From IMG/VR virus record IMGVR_UViG_3300042558_004043: a DNA stretch of 64,000 nt; one strand, 5' to 3'. Source of the stretch: a virus. Its lineage: Duplodnaviria > Caudoviricetes. The notes under the pieces are model-generated. The model ran no database searches, was not told where the DNA came from, and worked only from the letters and a program-made list of their open reading frames with translations. The position numbers and the translations under genes are program-made. Of the stretch, positions 50,701-60,618 are shown piece by piece (the stretch's first letter is position 1; every line of letters begins with the position of its first letter).

Positions 50701-52850
50701 ATACAACAATTCCAGTTGGGGAGGGAAACATATCCCAAGACCCTATTAATTGTACTGAAGAGACTAAAGATAAGAATGGTAAAACTAATCAAGGTTCGTT
50801 AATTTATTCTGTCAGTGCTATGGCATGTAGAAGAGTTAGGGTTACTAGTATTTCTTATACCGATATACCTAAAGAAGAAACAATTATGGTTAATAAAGTA
50901 ATTGGACAAACAACTGAAATAGAAAATCCCCCATCTGATAAAACATCAGGACAAGGTATTACCCCTCAGTTTCCAAAACCACAACCAACCGTAACAATTG
51001 AAAAGAAGTTAAAAGAAGGTATTAGTAAAAAAATATTAAGAAATTTATTGAGTGAGTGTGATTATTTTGAGGTGCTAAAACAAGATGTACCAATGGTATA
51101 TGATTCAATCAAAGAAAAAATTAGATACTTCAATCCAGCCTTTCACTCTATGACACCTGAGGGTTTAAATGCTAGATTAACTTTCCTTAATCAGTGTACA
51201 AGACCTGGAGAAACAGTTCCAACTATAGGTGCCGATGGTAAACCAAAGACAAATGATGCTATCAATACTTCTTTCGGAGCTCCTCCTATTCTAGTATTAA
51301 GAATCGGTGATTTCTATAACTGCAAAATAGTACCTGATAATGTTGCATTTACATATGAACCATTAATTTATGACATGAATCCTGAGGGGATTGGTTTACA
51401 ACCTATGATTGTAAAAGTTAATATGAGTTTTTCTATGATTGGAGGTCACGGACTTAAAGAACCGGTTGACCAATTACAAAATGCATTGTCGTTTAATTAT
51501 TATGCTAATACTGAAATTTATGATGAAAGGTCAACATGGACTGACGATTCGTGGAAAGTGATTGATAAGAAATTAATAGACTCAATCGAACAATCAGAAC
51601 AACCGGCAACAGTGGCTAATGTGGAAAGTCAAAGAACTAATGACGGGGGAACAACAATTGGTGAAATTATAACTAATATACCTGTTGAAAGTGGTCAAAC
51701 TGGTGAAATTGCATATCAAAAAATAATGGATACCCTGTTTGACCAAACAAAACAATATATTGATGCGGTTCCTAATCTTTTAGAAAAAATAATGTTAAAT
51801 ACAAACCAAGGTATTGTTCAGATTATAAGTAATGATAGATTATATAGTGAAGGGTTACTTAATGTTGATTTAGATGAAGTTGGTTCGGCCCCAATTTACG
51901 GAGCGCCAAATAAAATGGATGCGAAAATAAAAGAAATTTTTGATAAAGTAATATTAGAAATTCAGGACCAAACTAACCCAATTATTAGTCAATTAAATAC
52001 TATTGAATGGCAACCAAAGGATTTATCGGCGGTCATAACCAATATGGTTGATTATATTAATTCTCTTTCTTCCGAATTCTCAAATGGAATATTCACCACC
52101 ATACAGGAATTAGTTTTGTTGGAACAAGATTATGTTCAAAATTTAAGAAAAATAAATTTGGTTTCCGACTTAACTGACGGTAAAATTATTGATAAGGGAG
52201 TTCCAAGACCTTATACTCTTTCGGGAACTGATAAGGTTAGTGAATCAACAACCATTGATGATGATACTATAACAACAACAGATGACGAATTATGGAATGA
52301 CATTGCGAGATTACAATTAACTTTAGAGGAATATTATGAGTTTTTACAAAAAAAGAAGATATTTGAACCTATTGGTGATGTTGTGGTAAACTTTAAACCA
52401 ATATATCCTTATTTTATTAACTCAGGTGAAAGCCCAACACCTGAAAAAACATTCTTTTTAGTTATAGGTAGAATTTTTTACAATAGAACAAAACGACAAG
52501 AGTTTGTTGATGCAATTATTAAAGGAGATTTGGTTAACGTAAAAGACCCACAAAAATTAAAAAAGAAATTTGAGGATATTGTTGACGAGTTGTCCAAAGA
52601 GTATAGTAAAGAAATTGATGATGAAGAAAAATTATATAAAGACTTTAAAAAAAGTACTGAGTTTAAAGATTTTTCTGAAGGATTGGACGAAAAACTATAC
52701 CCTAAAGGAAAAACTCGTAAATTTACTTATACCACGGTGCCTGGAACTGATGAGGGAAATCAAAAAACCGCAATCACTAATTTATACAGCACAATAAATG
52801 TTGATGAGGATACAAAAACTTATATCGGTAAAGTTAAATTCAATTCATAA
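47793..52850 (+). CDS. Baseplate tail-tube initiator-like protein with inserted OmpA-like domain
   Basis: GRPEPIYTY...SRTGSL and APPILVLRIGD halves; EGAASAKATPEYNQKLSERRIDSV. Confidence 0.6.
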   Translation: MSESTLSFASSESFRKSLIVRNLQPYSVTGVYTPPAGDITYEYNQSDFSVIDSPDKLIAKNPFVNKLYPLNEFGPSGGFDFNINYNGSLVPVKPSGEPYYPLINSPLIGLSNYWLNELVTGPANQNSFIPDGGFKFLYEVDDLPNLNKYFSPYWDPPTFVPSFYSPYEILSSSNPVGSDGPLSQDSFIARLGAQTLRELFVERINLEIYQNTVGAVNLASLQDPFEASLLITGQQPLVYRNWRITVPENPILAVVDFATRLAGAYWPVSPIPGDYFDENTNGNLQTSQTSTALNVVNNLTGGFLGPILNITRNPSQIFLANTGNGQRSALFNNIDYNRYRPAYDRGLLGTLAQGLTNLLASAINPNNGTLIGGYYVGSNTSEPSQINSPPNQLPINPYGQQVQTPVYGPSELAILYEGNQEVLNFGLAGKSLSDGGGIDGQFVWTSPKYKGNAGYKPTPGGGTGSLDEQFNLVSGNYTRGSSTNVDFKDNSILDQTQRLIESADLVEGIARLKHVGNAINQVSKVFNDGYKEMTKGSKVLSYVDNTTGTQAGVEYCRVFAKDTPYYTYSDLQKTDGITNSGRRFSYSVLDNTFNLNISPTKNPGSTNIIADGNNGTGGYAKKYMFSIENLAWRTSSRPGYTYDELPTCEKGPNGGRVMWFPPYDLKFNDTSKPSFSPTSFLGRPEPIYTYKDTSRTGSLNWTIIVDSPSIMNLIIEKQLKGAAKERVDSIIDSFFAGCVKYDIYELAQKFNTIPAKDLYTYQEILNNPQLTEEEVNFVVESIPKDPEVCTSDVWGDVPETKKVSNEPELEAFADTYTNLSFYFDNNVPGPNNGTTSNEDYLSAYNSYVSNKQVYGAQANNLFNTDDFNGNVLDFFDNVITNNFEKINSGSSCMVQDLYKILSEQKGTIVITLEGAASAKATPEYNQKLSERRIDSVIKYLQNYSEGDVSFKKYLEDGSLKINSAGGSGENTTIPVGEGNISQDPINCTEETKDKNGKTNQGSLIYSVSAMACRRVRVTSISYTDIPKEETIMVNKVIGQTTEIENPPSDKTSGQGITPQFPKPQPTVTIEKKLKEGISKKILRNLLSECDYFEVLKQDVPMVYDSIKEKIRYFNPAFHSMTPEGLNARLTFLNQCTRPGETVPTIGADGKPKTNDAINTSFGAPPILVLRIGDFYNCKIVPDNVAFTYEPLIYDMNPEGIGLQPMIVKVNMSFSMIGGHGLKEPVDQLQNALSFNYYANTEIYDERSTWTDDSWKVIDKKLIDSIEQSEQPATVANVESQRTNDGGTTIGEIITNIPVESGQTGEIAYQKIMDTLFDQTKQYIDAVPNLLEKIMLNTNQGIVQIISNDRLYSEGLLNVDLDEVGSAPIYGAPNKMDAKIKEIFDKVILEIQDQTNPIISQLNTIEWQPKDLSAVITNMVDYINSLSSEFSNGIFTTIQELVLLEQDYVQNLRKINLVSDLTDGKIIDKGVPRPYTLSGTDKVSESTTIDDDTITTTDDELWNDIARLQLTLEEYYEFLQKKKIFEPIGDVVVNFKPIYPYFINSGESPTPEKTFFLVIGRIFYNRTKRQEFVDAIIKGDLVNVKDPQKLKKKFEDIVDELSKEYSKEIDDEEKLYKDFKKSTEFKDFSEGLDEKLYPKGKTRKFTYTTVPGTDEGNQKTAITNLYSTINVDEDTKTYIGKVKFNS

Positions 52851-52853
52851 GTT

Positions 52854-53180
52854 ATGGCAAAAAAACAGTATTATAATAGATATAGTGAGTTTATTGTTGA
52901 TGGTTCACCATCGGTAGTAACATATGTTGATTTGCCTTCTAAAAGTACTGACAAAAGGTACATTTATAAAGTTGGTCAATCTAGATTAGATAAAGTATCT
53001 CAACAATATTATGGGACTCCTTTTTTTGGATGGTTAATTCTAATGGGTAACCCAAAATTTGGAGGGCAAGAATGGAATATAGTTGACGGCAGTGTATTGA
53101 CTATTCCATTTCCGCTGATAACTTCATTACAGGACTATAAAAATCAGTTAGATAATCATTTCTTTTATTATGGCAGATAA
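52854..53180 (+). CDS. LysM-like baseplate wedge protein (gp53/gpX-like)
   Basis: RLDKVSQQYYGTPFFGWLILMGNP...VLTIP. Confidence 0.7.
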   Translation: MAKKQYYNRYSEFIVDGSPSVVTYVDLPSKSTDKRYIYKVGQSRLDKVSQQYYGTPFFGWLILMGNPKFGGQEWNIVDGSVLTIPFPLITSLQDYKNQLDNHFFYYGR

Positions 53181-56100
53181 TTCAGAGAACATATTAGTAG
53201 AATTTGATTATAATAATATTACCATAATAGACCCAAACAAAGTTATTGATGAAAATGGTAATGCTAAAGACAGATATGTAAAACAGGAAGATTTGGTTAT
53301 GTATGCTAACTTGGAATGTAAACCAATTCCAAGAACAAAATTAGCGGTTGGGTCTAACAACAGTGACATTATTAGAAATACCTCAATCGCTTCCATTAAT
53401 TTCTTAAAACCGGGTGGTAAACGAATACTTGAAAATGATTATACAAATAATTTGACAGGTCAGGAAAATCTAAAGTCGGAAAATAAGATTAATTCAAAGG
53501 ATGAAGAGTATTATGTAAAACAAACCAATTTATCGGAAGGAAATAATGGTACAGTAGATAGTGGGTTGTTAGGTATAACATCAATTTCTATACAACAAAA
53601 CACCTCTTTTACTCCTGTGATAACAATTGAGTTAGAAGACGTTAAAGGTAGAGCGTTATTTGAATCGGGTAATAATTCACCATACGCTGCATTTTTTAAT
53701 ATGCCATACCCCATATTTTATCTGACTATAAAGGGATATTATGGAAAGGCGGTAAGATTACCGTTAATGTTACAAAGCTTTAATAGTAGATACAACACTA
53801 GTTCTGGTAATTTCCATATTACTCTTAGTATGATTACCTATAAGTATAATGTGTTAAATGAGGTAACTATGGCGGCGGCAATTGCTACACCACAAATGTA
53901 TCAAAAAAATATTGATATAAAGGGTGTTGAAGGAGGTCCATCCCAATTTGCTAACATATCTAGTGTGTCGGTTTCGCTAGGTAAACAAAAAATGCATGAA
54001 ATGTATAGTGAATATAAAACAAAAGGTTTAATTCCCGAAGACTTTCCTGAAATTACGATTCTCCAAATGTATTATAGATTGGAAAATTTTATCAAAAACA
54101 CTTTAGAATCTTATATACAACAAAACCTTGACCCATTAAACAACGTACAAGAATATGAAAAAAAGTTAAGAGAATATCAGGGAAATATTGCGACTTATCA
54201 AAAATCGTGGAAAGATAAGTATATGGATAACGAAAATTTCTATGTTAGTAATTTAAGTGGAGAAAAACTTTATTCGTTCAAAAAAGAGTTTGATGAACAA
54301 TCTAAACGAGAGGTCGCGTTGGCCGAGTTGAAAAAATACATTACCGAATATAATGAAATTTTAAATAAAAATGAAACTGTTGGTACTAATGGTTTTTATG
54401 AAATTAACGGAAAAAGAGAAAATTGTACTATTCCAAATAACATAACTTTTGACATATTTTTGGAGATAATTGATAAACCTGATGATGTCAATCTACAAAA
54501 AACATTGAATCAAAGGTCAACTAAGAAAAAATTTACTGATGATGATATTAGTAAATTAAATGCCGAATTGGGCACAAATATGACGTTCAATTCAGGAAAA
54601 ATTGTTATGAAAGATGGAGGAATTGTCCCTGAATATACATATTACAAATTTGGTGACTTGAATGAAGAACAGTCACCCGTACCACTTTTTAGAACATTTT
54701 TAGGAGAAGTTAATAGAATGTTCAAAGACGTAAAATCGTATCGAGAAAAAATTCAAGAGGCTCTTACTAAAGCTTTGACTGAAAAAATTCAATCAAAGGA
54801 TAATGGAATTGGATTTATACCTACAATTAGAAATGTTTTGTCTGTTATTTTTGCAAATGGTGAGGCGTTTTTAAGAATAATGGATGATGTTCACGCTAAG
54901 GCTTGGGAAGTTAGAGATGATACCGATAGAAAGAAAGCAATTTTAGACCCTTCAGTTTCGAACGCAAATCCTGATAATTTATCAAGTGGTGATAATACTA
55001 ATCTACCTATATATCCATGGCCACAATATATTGTTGAAACCGCCGGAGAAAATGGACAAGAAAAATACATTGTTGCTTATCCTGGTGACCCTAAGTATTC
55101 TAATTTAACCAATGCCACTTCTTACGAAAAATGGCCTGAAGTTGAATTTGTTGAAGAATTTGTTAATGCGTTTGTAAATAGGAATCCTGAAATAGATAAT
55201 CCAGAGCCTGTATCTAATGAGCAAACCGATATTAATAGACTTAGTTTTAATGCTATTGAATTTCCTGTTGAGAATATTGTTTATGGTAATAAAGAAGAGG
55301 TTAAATTTTTCTTTGAAATATACGAAAGATTATTTTATACAATTTATTATTCGAGGCTATCAAGAGCGGAATCCTCAACTAAAGAAAAAGATTTGGTTAG
55401 TAGTATCATCGCAGAAGCTGAAAAAACTAATTTACTTTATGCATTAGGTACTGACAATCCATTTTTAATTGAAAAAATAAAACAGTACGGAATTAATTCG
55501 GCTAATTTTGAAACCACGCTCAGACATATATCAAATGGAGGTACAGGACAAAGTTGGCAAAATTTTATTAGAGGTATATTCAATACAAGTTACATAAGAA
55601 ATACGGTGCAAAATTCACAATTTGAATTTTTAAATTTAGATGAAATTTTAGAAACTAAATCAAATCCACTACTTTCTTTGGAAAAAGAGGATGAATTTTT
55701 GAATTATATTACAGGTAGTAGTTCATCTAATAGTTACGATTATTCAGACATTTATCCTTTAACTAATTTAAGTTGGTGTAAAGATAAATTAGCGAATGGT
55801 CAATCTATTTCTGATAATAAAGCAGCGTTTAACACTACAAAAATTTTGACTTATAATAAGTCAAATAAGACTATTACTAATTTTCCTTACAATTTATCCA
55901 CATTAGAAAAAAGACCGATAACTAATTTTGTATTTGAAAATACTGTAGTACCGACTGCAGATACCACAACAAATTTAGTTGATTTTTATGACGAAAGGGT
56001 CCGAACCAAACAGTTAGTTACCGAAGGAGATTTAATTTACTATAATTATTCAGGACAAGTAGGATTTTATCAAACAACATCCATGTTGAATACACCATTT

Positions 56101-59100
56101 TATGTGAATTCAATACAACAGGCTGTGGAAAAATTCAGAAATTACGATGATTATCCTTACACTGTACCTGCTTATCTATTCTTAAATAGTCTACCATTAT
56201 CGACACTAAGAGAAAAATTTAAAACTTATAAAAATTCCGATTCAAATATTACAGTTGAAGATTTAGATTATATTTTGGCTAGTTTGAAAAAATTCGGAGC
56301 AATACACAAAGTACCTTACTCGTGGATTTTAAAAATCGGTTCAATTTACCACAGATATAAAAAATATGTTGAAAACAATGTTGATATATTAGATGATTGT
56401 TGGCAAAACTTTAAACAAGTTGAAAATTTTGACCCTGTAACTAATGTTCCAACTAGAAATTACGGATTAATAATTAATGGAGCTAATATCGACATAGTTT
56501 TAGAAAAAGATACAATTATTGGTACCGAAACATCCACTCTGATAAACACAGGTTTTTATCCAAAATTAATAAATGACTTCAATGTGTTTTATCAGGGGTA
56601 TATGATTTATAGTACGTTTACCGATACAGATATTCAAAACGGGTTTCTTAGTGGTGTAACTTTAAATTATGTGTCAGAGGCAATTATTGATGAACCCGAA
56701 GGATTTGACGATACAAATCTTATGAGGGATTTGAGAGTTATCCCATGGTCTGTTAGTATTGATAATATAATTAAAACCTTTACATATCCAATTCCGTCTC
56801 AGGGCTCACTATTGAATCAGACTTTTAATGAATGTTTCAAAAAAGAGGGTAATGTTGACAAATTAAAATTAGAAGTTAAAGGTAATCAATCAATGTACGA
56901 CGGCTCAATTAGAAATTTTTGGGCGGCACCTCACTATGGTTATTTTGATTTATCAAAAATAAAAAAACCGGAATATGATGAGTATATCAAAATAATTTTT
57001 ACAGAAAGTGATGTGTTATCACAAGAAAATTTTGGTTTACATAACCCTATTATAGGTTATTCAAAAATCAGTGAAATATTTTCTGCCTTTAATACAGAAA
57101 TTTTGGATAAATTCGAAGAAGAGTTTTTAAATTTTTCTAAATCGGTATACGATTATGATGTAACAAATTTATCCGAAACTTTAACCAAAACTGAAAAATC
57201 TTTCAAAAATTTCCAATTTTTAATGAGAGAAATGATGAAAGTACCGAAACAAAGTACCACAGGAGCAACAGGTACCGAAGCAGTTTCAAGAACTCAAGAA
57301 ATTCAATGTCAAACGATTAATTCATATATAAAAGAATTTTTGAATTTTGACTACGTATTCAAATATGGAAATCCATCGTCATTCGATAAAAAACTATTCT
57401 ACAGTTTCTCCAATAAATTTATTGAAGACCCATACACATGGGAAAAATATACTGAGACGACACCAGATGCATTACCAGTTCAAGGGGGTTCTGTTACATT
57501 AACAACATCACAAACAAATTTCCCTGAAGAGTGGAAAACTCTTAGAATATATGTTGGATTTTCAGATATACCTGAACTCACTTATAAAGATAGTGGTTCA
57601 TTTATAACCGATTTCTTCATAGATTTAAATGTTGGATTTAATGTGCAGAATATCAAAAATTTTGCACCGATAATTAAAATTTATGCAACACAAAAATTAA
57701 CACAAACTCAACCACAAACTTCGGTTTCCCCATTACCAATACCACCTGTTTTACCTACACAACAATTTGTAGGATTAATAATAGAAATTTTTACTTTAAA
57801 TGATGGGTCAACTGTAACTATTTATAAACAAAATGAAAATAAATTTTCTTTATTTAGGAATTTTTCACAAGAGATAAAGTTTGTTGGAGAACAAGTTGGT
57901 ATGTCCGTTGAAACTAATTTAAATTTGGCAAAAGTTGCAATAACTGAAATTTACGGATTTTATTCACAATCACCTTTAGACCCACAATATATTGCGGCGG
58001 TTACAACTCCTCCCGAACCACAGTTCCCGTTAGTACCGAGTTCAACCAACAATTGGGGTAAAGTAACATTTATTAATAATATGGATAACTACCTAAGTGC
58101 GGTTGACAGATTCCAAGGTACTATAGTGGACAATTTAATGATAACATTAAGGGCTAAATTACCATTAATTACTGTTGAAAATAGTAAAGGTGTTAGAAAA
58201 GATTTGGACGGAACTCAAACAAAATTAGAACTATGGGAGTCATTTAAAGCAACTAATGATAAATGGATTTCTGGCGGTGATTTTAAAAATAAAACAATTT
58301 TTGAAGATTTACTATTATTAGATAGGGCCAGTAGGAATATTGGAGACACGGTTATTGCCGACATTTTTCATTTGAAAAATTTTATAATGGATGCTAGTCC
58401 TAAAATGTCAGTATTAAGTTTTGCACAATCTGTTTTATTAAGAAATAACTTCATGGTAATGAATATACCATCATATGTTAATTTCTATAACGTACAAGAT
58501 GCCGTTAAAAATCCAAAACCTAGACCCGAAGGTACTTTAGAATTCGCTAATACTTTGTTTGGTACTTTTTTGAATGTTGACTATAGAGACTCATCATCTA
58601 AAATGGTATGTTTTTTTATTTCAAAACCATCTGAACACTTAGCAATAAATAAAAATGTTGATTACAGGTTTAAAGATGATGCCTTTGATTTGAGAAAAAC
58701 TTCTAATCCATTAGTAGAAAACCAAGTTGGTAAAACAGATTGGGATAAGTCAAATAAAGTTGTTGGTTTCAATGTTGATATTGGAGTACAGAATCAACAA
58801 ATATTCCAAAGTTTTGACGTATCTCAGGATGCGGGAACTTCTACGGCTGAGTCTTTAGAAGTGATTAATCAAATGGCAAACCAATCGGGTAATAGAGGGG
58901 GGGCAACACAGAATTTATCTTTATATAACATTTACAAAAACAGAAGTTATAAATGTAAGATAATGATGCTGGGTAACGCAATGATACAACCAAGTATGTA
59001 TTTTAATTTAAGGTATGTACCTATGTTCAGCGGACCATATATGATTTTGGATGTAACACATAACATAGTCCCTGGTATGTTTCACACCACAATTACCGGT

Positions 59101-60357
59101 ATTAGACAACCAACTGCTTCTTTACCGAAAGTTGACCAATTTGTCCAAACGATAAGAACAAATCTTTTGAAAATAATAAAGGATAAGTTAAAAGTTGAAT
59201 CAAGTTCAAATACACCTCAAGTTGTGCAATCAACACAAAATGTGACAAATACTAATGGAGTACCTAACCAATCTAACAGTGTTACTTCCCCAACTACAAC
59301 TACAGGACCAACTTCTAATACCACCACTAATTCAGTTGACCAAACTAAAGTATTAAATGAAGAATTGACAAATAATCCGGCAAGTACAAAATCCGCTAAT
59401 CAAGAATGTACTCCTCATTCTGACTATAATACATTCATAAAGTCTGAAATTGTAAAAAGAACATTGAATGTAAGTGAAATGACTAAGATTGTTAATGAGT
59501 TAACAGGTAACAGTAATAATAGATTGAAATTAGCTCACACCATATTTGCATTTATGTGGTTAAACTCAAATGGTACTAGTGCCGGATTTTCGTCCAATAA
59601 TTTCAATTTTGGAGGTATAGACCTCACAAGTTCGTGGGGGGCGTCTGGAGAAGCGAATTTTATGAAGGAATATTTTTGTTCAACTGACAACGTACCATAC
59701 GCATCATTTGAAAGTACCAATAAGTTTATAACCTTTTTAAAAAATAGGTGGGACTCAAGAATGGTAACAATATCCAAAGATGATTATAAAGAAATAAGTA
59801 AATTTATTATTTTGAATTCAAAACAGGAGATTAAACCGGTAAGTATTTATGATAATTACAATGTTACCGATAAATCAAACATAGAAACTGAAGTTCAAAA
59901 AGCAATATCGGCATATGACGAAGCAAATAGACAATTAAATCCTGCTGAAGTAAAACCAGAACCTTTAAAAACCGAAACTGTATACGTTGCGGGTGTAGGA
60001 TTCGAATCTTTCATCGCCACTGTGGATACATCAGTAGATGGTAAAAGAGAAATATTCTTAGTCACACACGTAGTTAGAGGTACGGCTAGTTGTATTTCAG
60101 AAACTATTTCATATTCATTTGGTAATGCGGTAACATTGAATGTGGGAACTATCTCTAATAACGGACAAAGGTTTGAAGTAACACTTGAGGAGTTATTCTC
60201 TGACTCAGGGTGCGAGGATTCAACAGGTTCTGAAAGTAGAGGTAAATATGAATATAAATTGTGGATTTACACTAATCCTATTTTATCTGACGGAACACTT
60301 GATACTACCAGACGACAAATAATTTCAGGTCCCTACCCTATTACATTCGAACTTTAA
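53170..60357 (+). CDS. Giant baseplate hub protein (gp27/VgrG-like termini)
   Basis: ITIELEDVKGRALFE...FYLTIKGYYG; MLGNAMIQPSMYF...GPYMILDVTHNI; 2395 aa. Confidence 0.6.
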   Translation: MADNSENILVEFDYNNITIIDPNKVIDENGNAKDRYVKQEDLVMYANLECKPIPRTKLAVGSNNSDIIRNTSIASINFLKPGGKRILENDYTNNLTGQENLKSENKINSKDEEYYVKQTNLSEGNNGTVDSGLLGITSISIQQNTSFTPVITIELEDVKGRALFESGNNSPYAAFFNMPYPIFYLTIKGYYGKAVRLPLMLQSFNSRYNTSSGNFHITLSMITYKYNVLNEVTMAAAIATPQMYQKNIDIKGVEGGPSQFANISSVSVSLGKQKMHEMYSEYKTKGLIPEDFPEITILQMYYRLENFIKNTLESYIQQNLDPLNNVQEYEKKLREYQGNIATYQKSWKDKYMDNENFYVSNLSGEKLYSFKKEFDEQSKREVALAELKKYITEYNEILNKNETVGTNGFYEINGKRENCTIPNNITFDIFLEIIDKPDDVNLQKTLNQRSTKKKFTDDDISKLNAELGTNMTFNSGKIVMKDGGIVPEYTYYKFGDLNEEQSPVPLFRTFLGEVNRMFKDVKSYREKIQEALTKALTEKIQSKDNGIGFIPTIRNVLSVIFANGEAFLRIMDDVHAKAWEVRDDTDRKKAILDPSVSNANPDNLSSGDNTNLPIYPWPQYIVETAGENGQEKYIVAYPGDPKYSNLTNATSYEKWPEVEFVEEFVNAFVNRNPEIDNPEPVSNEQTDINRLSFNAIEFPVENIVYGNKEEVKFFFEIYERLFYTIYYSRLSRAESSTKEKDLVSSIIAEAEKTNLLYALGTDNPFLIEKIKQYGINSANFETTLRHISNGGTGQSWQNFIRGIFNTSYIRNTVQNSQFEFLNLDEILETKSNPLLSLEKEDEFLNYITGSSSSNSYDYSDIYPLTNLSWCKDKLANGQSISDNKAAFNTTKILTYNKSNKTITNFPYNLSTLEKRPITNFVFENTVVPTADTTTNLVDFYDERVRTKQLVTEGDLIYYNYSGQVGFYQTTSMLNTPFYVNSIQQAVEKFRNYDDYPYTVPAYLFLNSLPLSTLREKFKTYKNSDSNITVEDLDYILASLKKFGAIHKVPYSWILKIGSIYHRYKKYVENNVDILDDCWQNFKQVENFDPVTNVPTRNYGLIINGANIDIVLEKDTIIGTETSTLINTGFYPKLINDFNVFYQGYMIYSTFTDTDIQNGFLSGVTLNYVSEAIIDEPEGFDDTNLMRDLRVIPWSVSIDNIIKTFTYPIPSQGSLLNQTFNECFKKEGNVDKLKLEVKGNQSMYDGSIRNFWAAPHYGYFDLSKIKKPEYDEYIKIIFTESDVLSQENFGLHNPIIGYSKISEIFSAFNTEILDKFEEEFLNFSKSVYDYDVTNLSETLTKTEKSFKNFQFLMREMMKVPKQSTTGATGTEAVSRTQEIQCQTINSYIKEFLNFDYVFKYGNPSSFDKKLFYSFSNKFIEDPYTWEKYTETTPDALPVQGGSVTLTTSQTNFPEEWKTLRIYVGFSDIPELTYKDSGSFITDFFIDLNVGFNVQNIKNFAPIIKIYATQKLTQTQPQTSVSPLPIPPVLPTQQFVGLIIEIFTLNDGSTVTIYKQNENKFSLFRNFSQEIKFVGEQVGMSVETNLNLAKVAITEIYGFYSQSPLDPQYIAAVTTPPEPQFPLVPSSTNNWGKVTFINNMDNYLSAVDRFQGTIVDNLMITLRAKLPLITVENSKGVRKDLDGTQTKLELWESFKATNDKWISGGDFKNKTIFEDLLLLDRASRNIGDTVIADIFHLKNFIMDASPKMSVLSFAQSVLLRNNFMVMNIPSYVNFYNVQDAVKNPKPRPEGTLEFANTLFGTFLNVDYRDSSSKMVCFFISKPSEHLAINKNVDYRFKDDAFDLRKTSNPLVENQVGKTDWDKSNKVVGFNVDIGVQNQQIFQSFDVSQDAGTSTAESLEVINQMANQSGNRGGATQNLSLYNIYKNRSYKCKIMMLGNAMIQPSMYFNLRYVPMFSGPYMILDVTHNIVPGMFHTTITGIRQPTASLPKVDQFVQTIRTNLLKIIKDKLKVESSSNTPQVVQSTQNVTNTNGVPNQSNSVTSPTTTTGPTSNTTTNSVDQTKVLNEELTNNPASTKSANQECTPHSDYNTFIKSEIVKRTLNVSEMTKIVNELTGNSNNRLKLAHTIFAFMWLNSNGTSAGFSSNNFNFGGIDLTSSWGASGEANFMKEYFCSTDNVPYASFESTNKFITFLKNRWDSRMVTISKDDYKEISKFIILNSKQEIKPVSIYDNYNVTDKSNIETEVQKAISAYDEANRQLNPAEVKPEPLKTETVYVAGVGFESFIATVDTSVDGKREIFLVTHVVRGTASCISETISYSFGNAVTLNVGTISNNGQRFEVTLEELFSDSGCEDSTGSESRGKYEYKLWIYTNPILSDGTLDTTRRQIISGPYPITFEL

Positions 60358-60389
60358 ATAATTTATTAGATATTTATAAATAAAAATAC

Positions 60390-60614
60390 ATGAGCACCAA
60401 AGAAATATTAGACAGTTATTTAGGTAAGAGTACCCGAATTACTGAAAGAGACAACGGTAATGGTTACAAAGAAGTTTGTGACTTAGATACCGGTGAATGT
60501 TACACTCTTAGAATGAAAGATGGTTTAATTGAAAGAGTTGACAACACTATGAATACCAATAAAAAAATTCAAGTAGAAACTCTAAACGGGGTTAAACAAC
60601 TTTTAAACGGATAA
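60390..60614 (+). CDS. Small hypothetical protein
   Basis: 74 aa; preceded by TATTTATAAATA. Confidence 0.6.
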   Translation: MSTKEILDSYLGKSTRITERDNGNGYKEVCDLDTGECYTLRMKDGLIERVDNTMNTNKKIQVETLNGVKQLLNG

Positions 60615-60618
60615 TAAA

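Larger units (their letters stand above)
8828..60382. promoter_or_regulatory. Recurrent upstream motif TATTTAT(A), full palindrome TATTTATAAATA (putative late promoter); span covers multiple sites
   Basis: Palindrome at 8828, 26669, 44295, 60371; core at 24442, 37756, 39715, 43387, 45919, 47771 (+) and 35117, 35935, 39671 (-); also at 5745 (+) and 5398 (-), upstream of the span. Confidence 0.6.
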
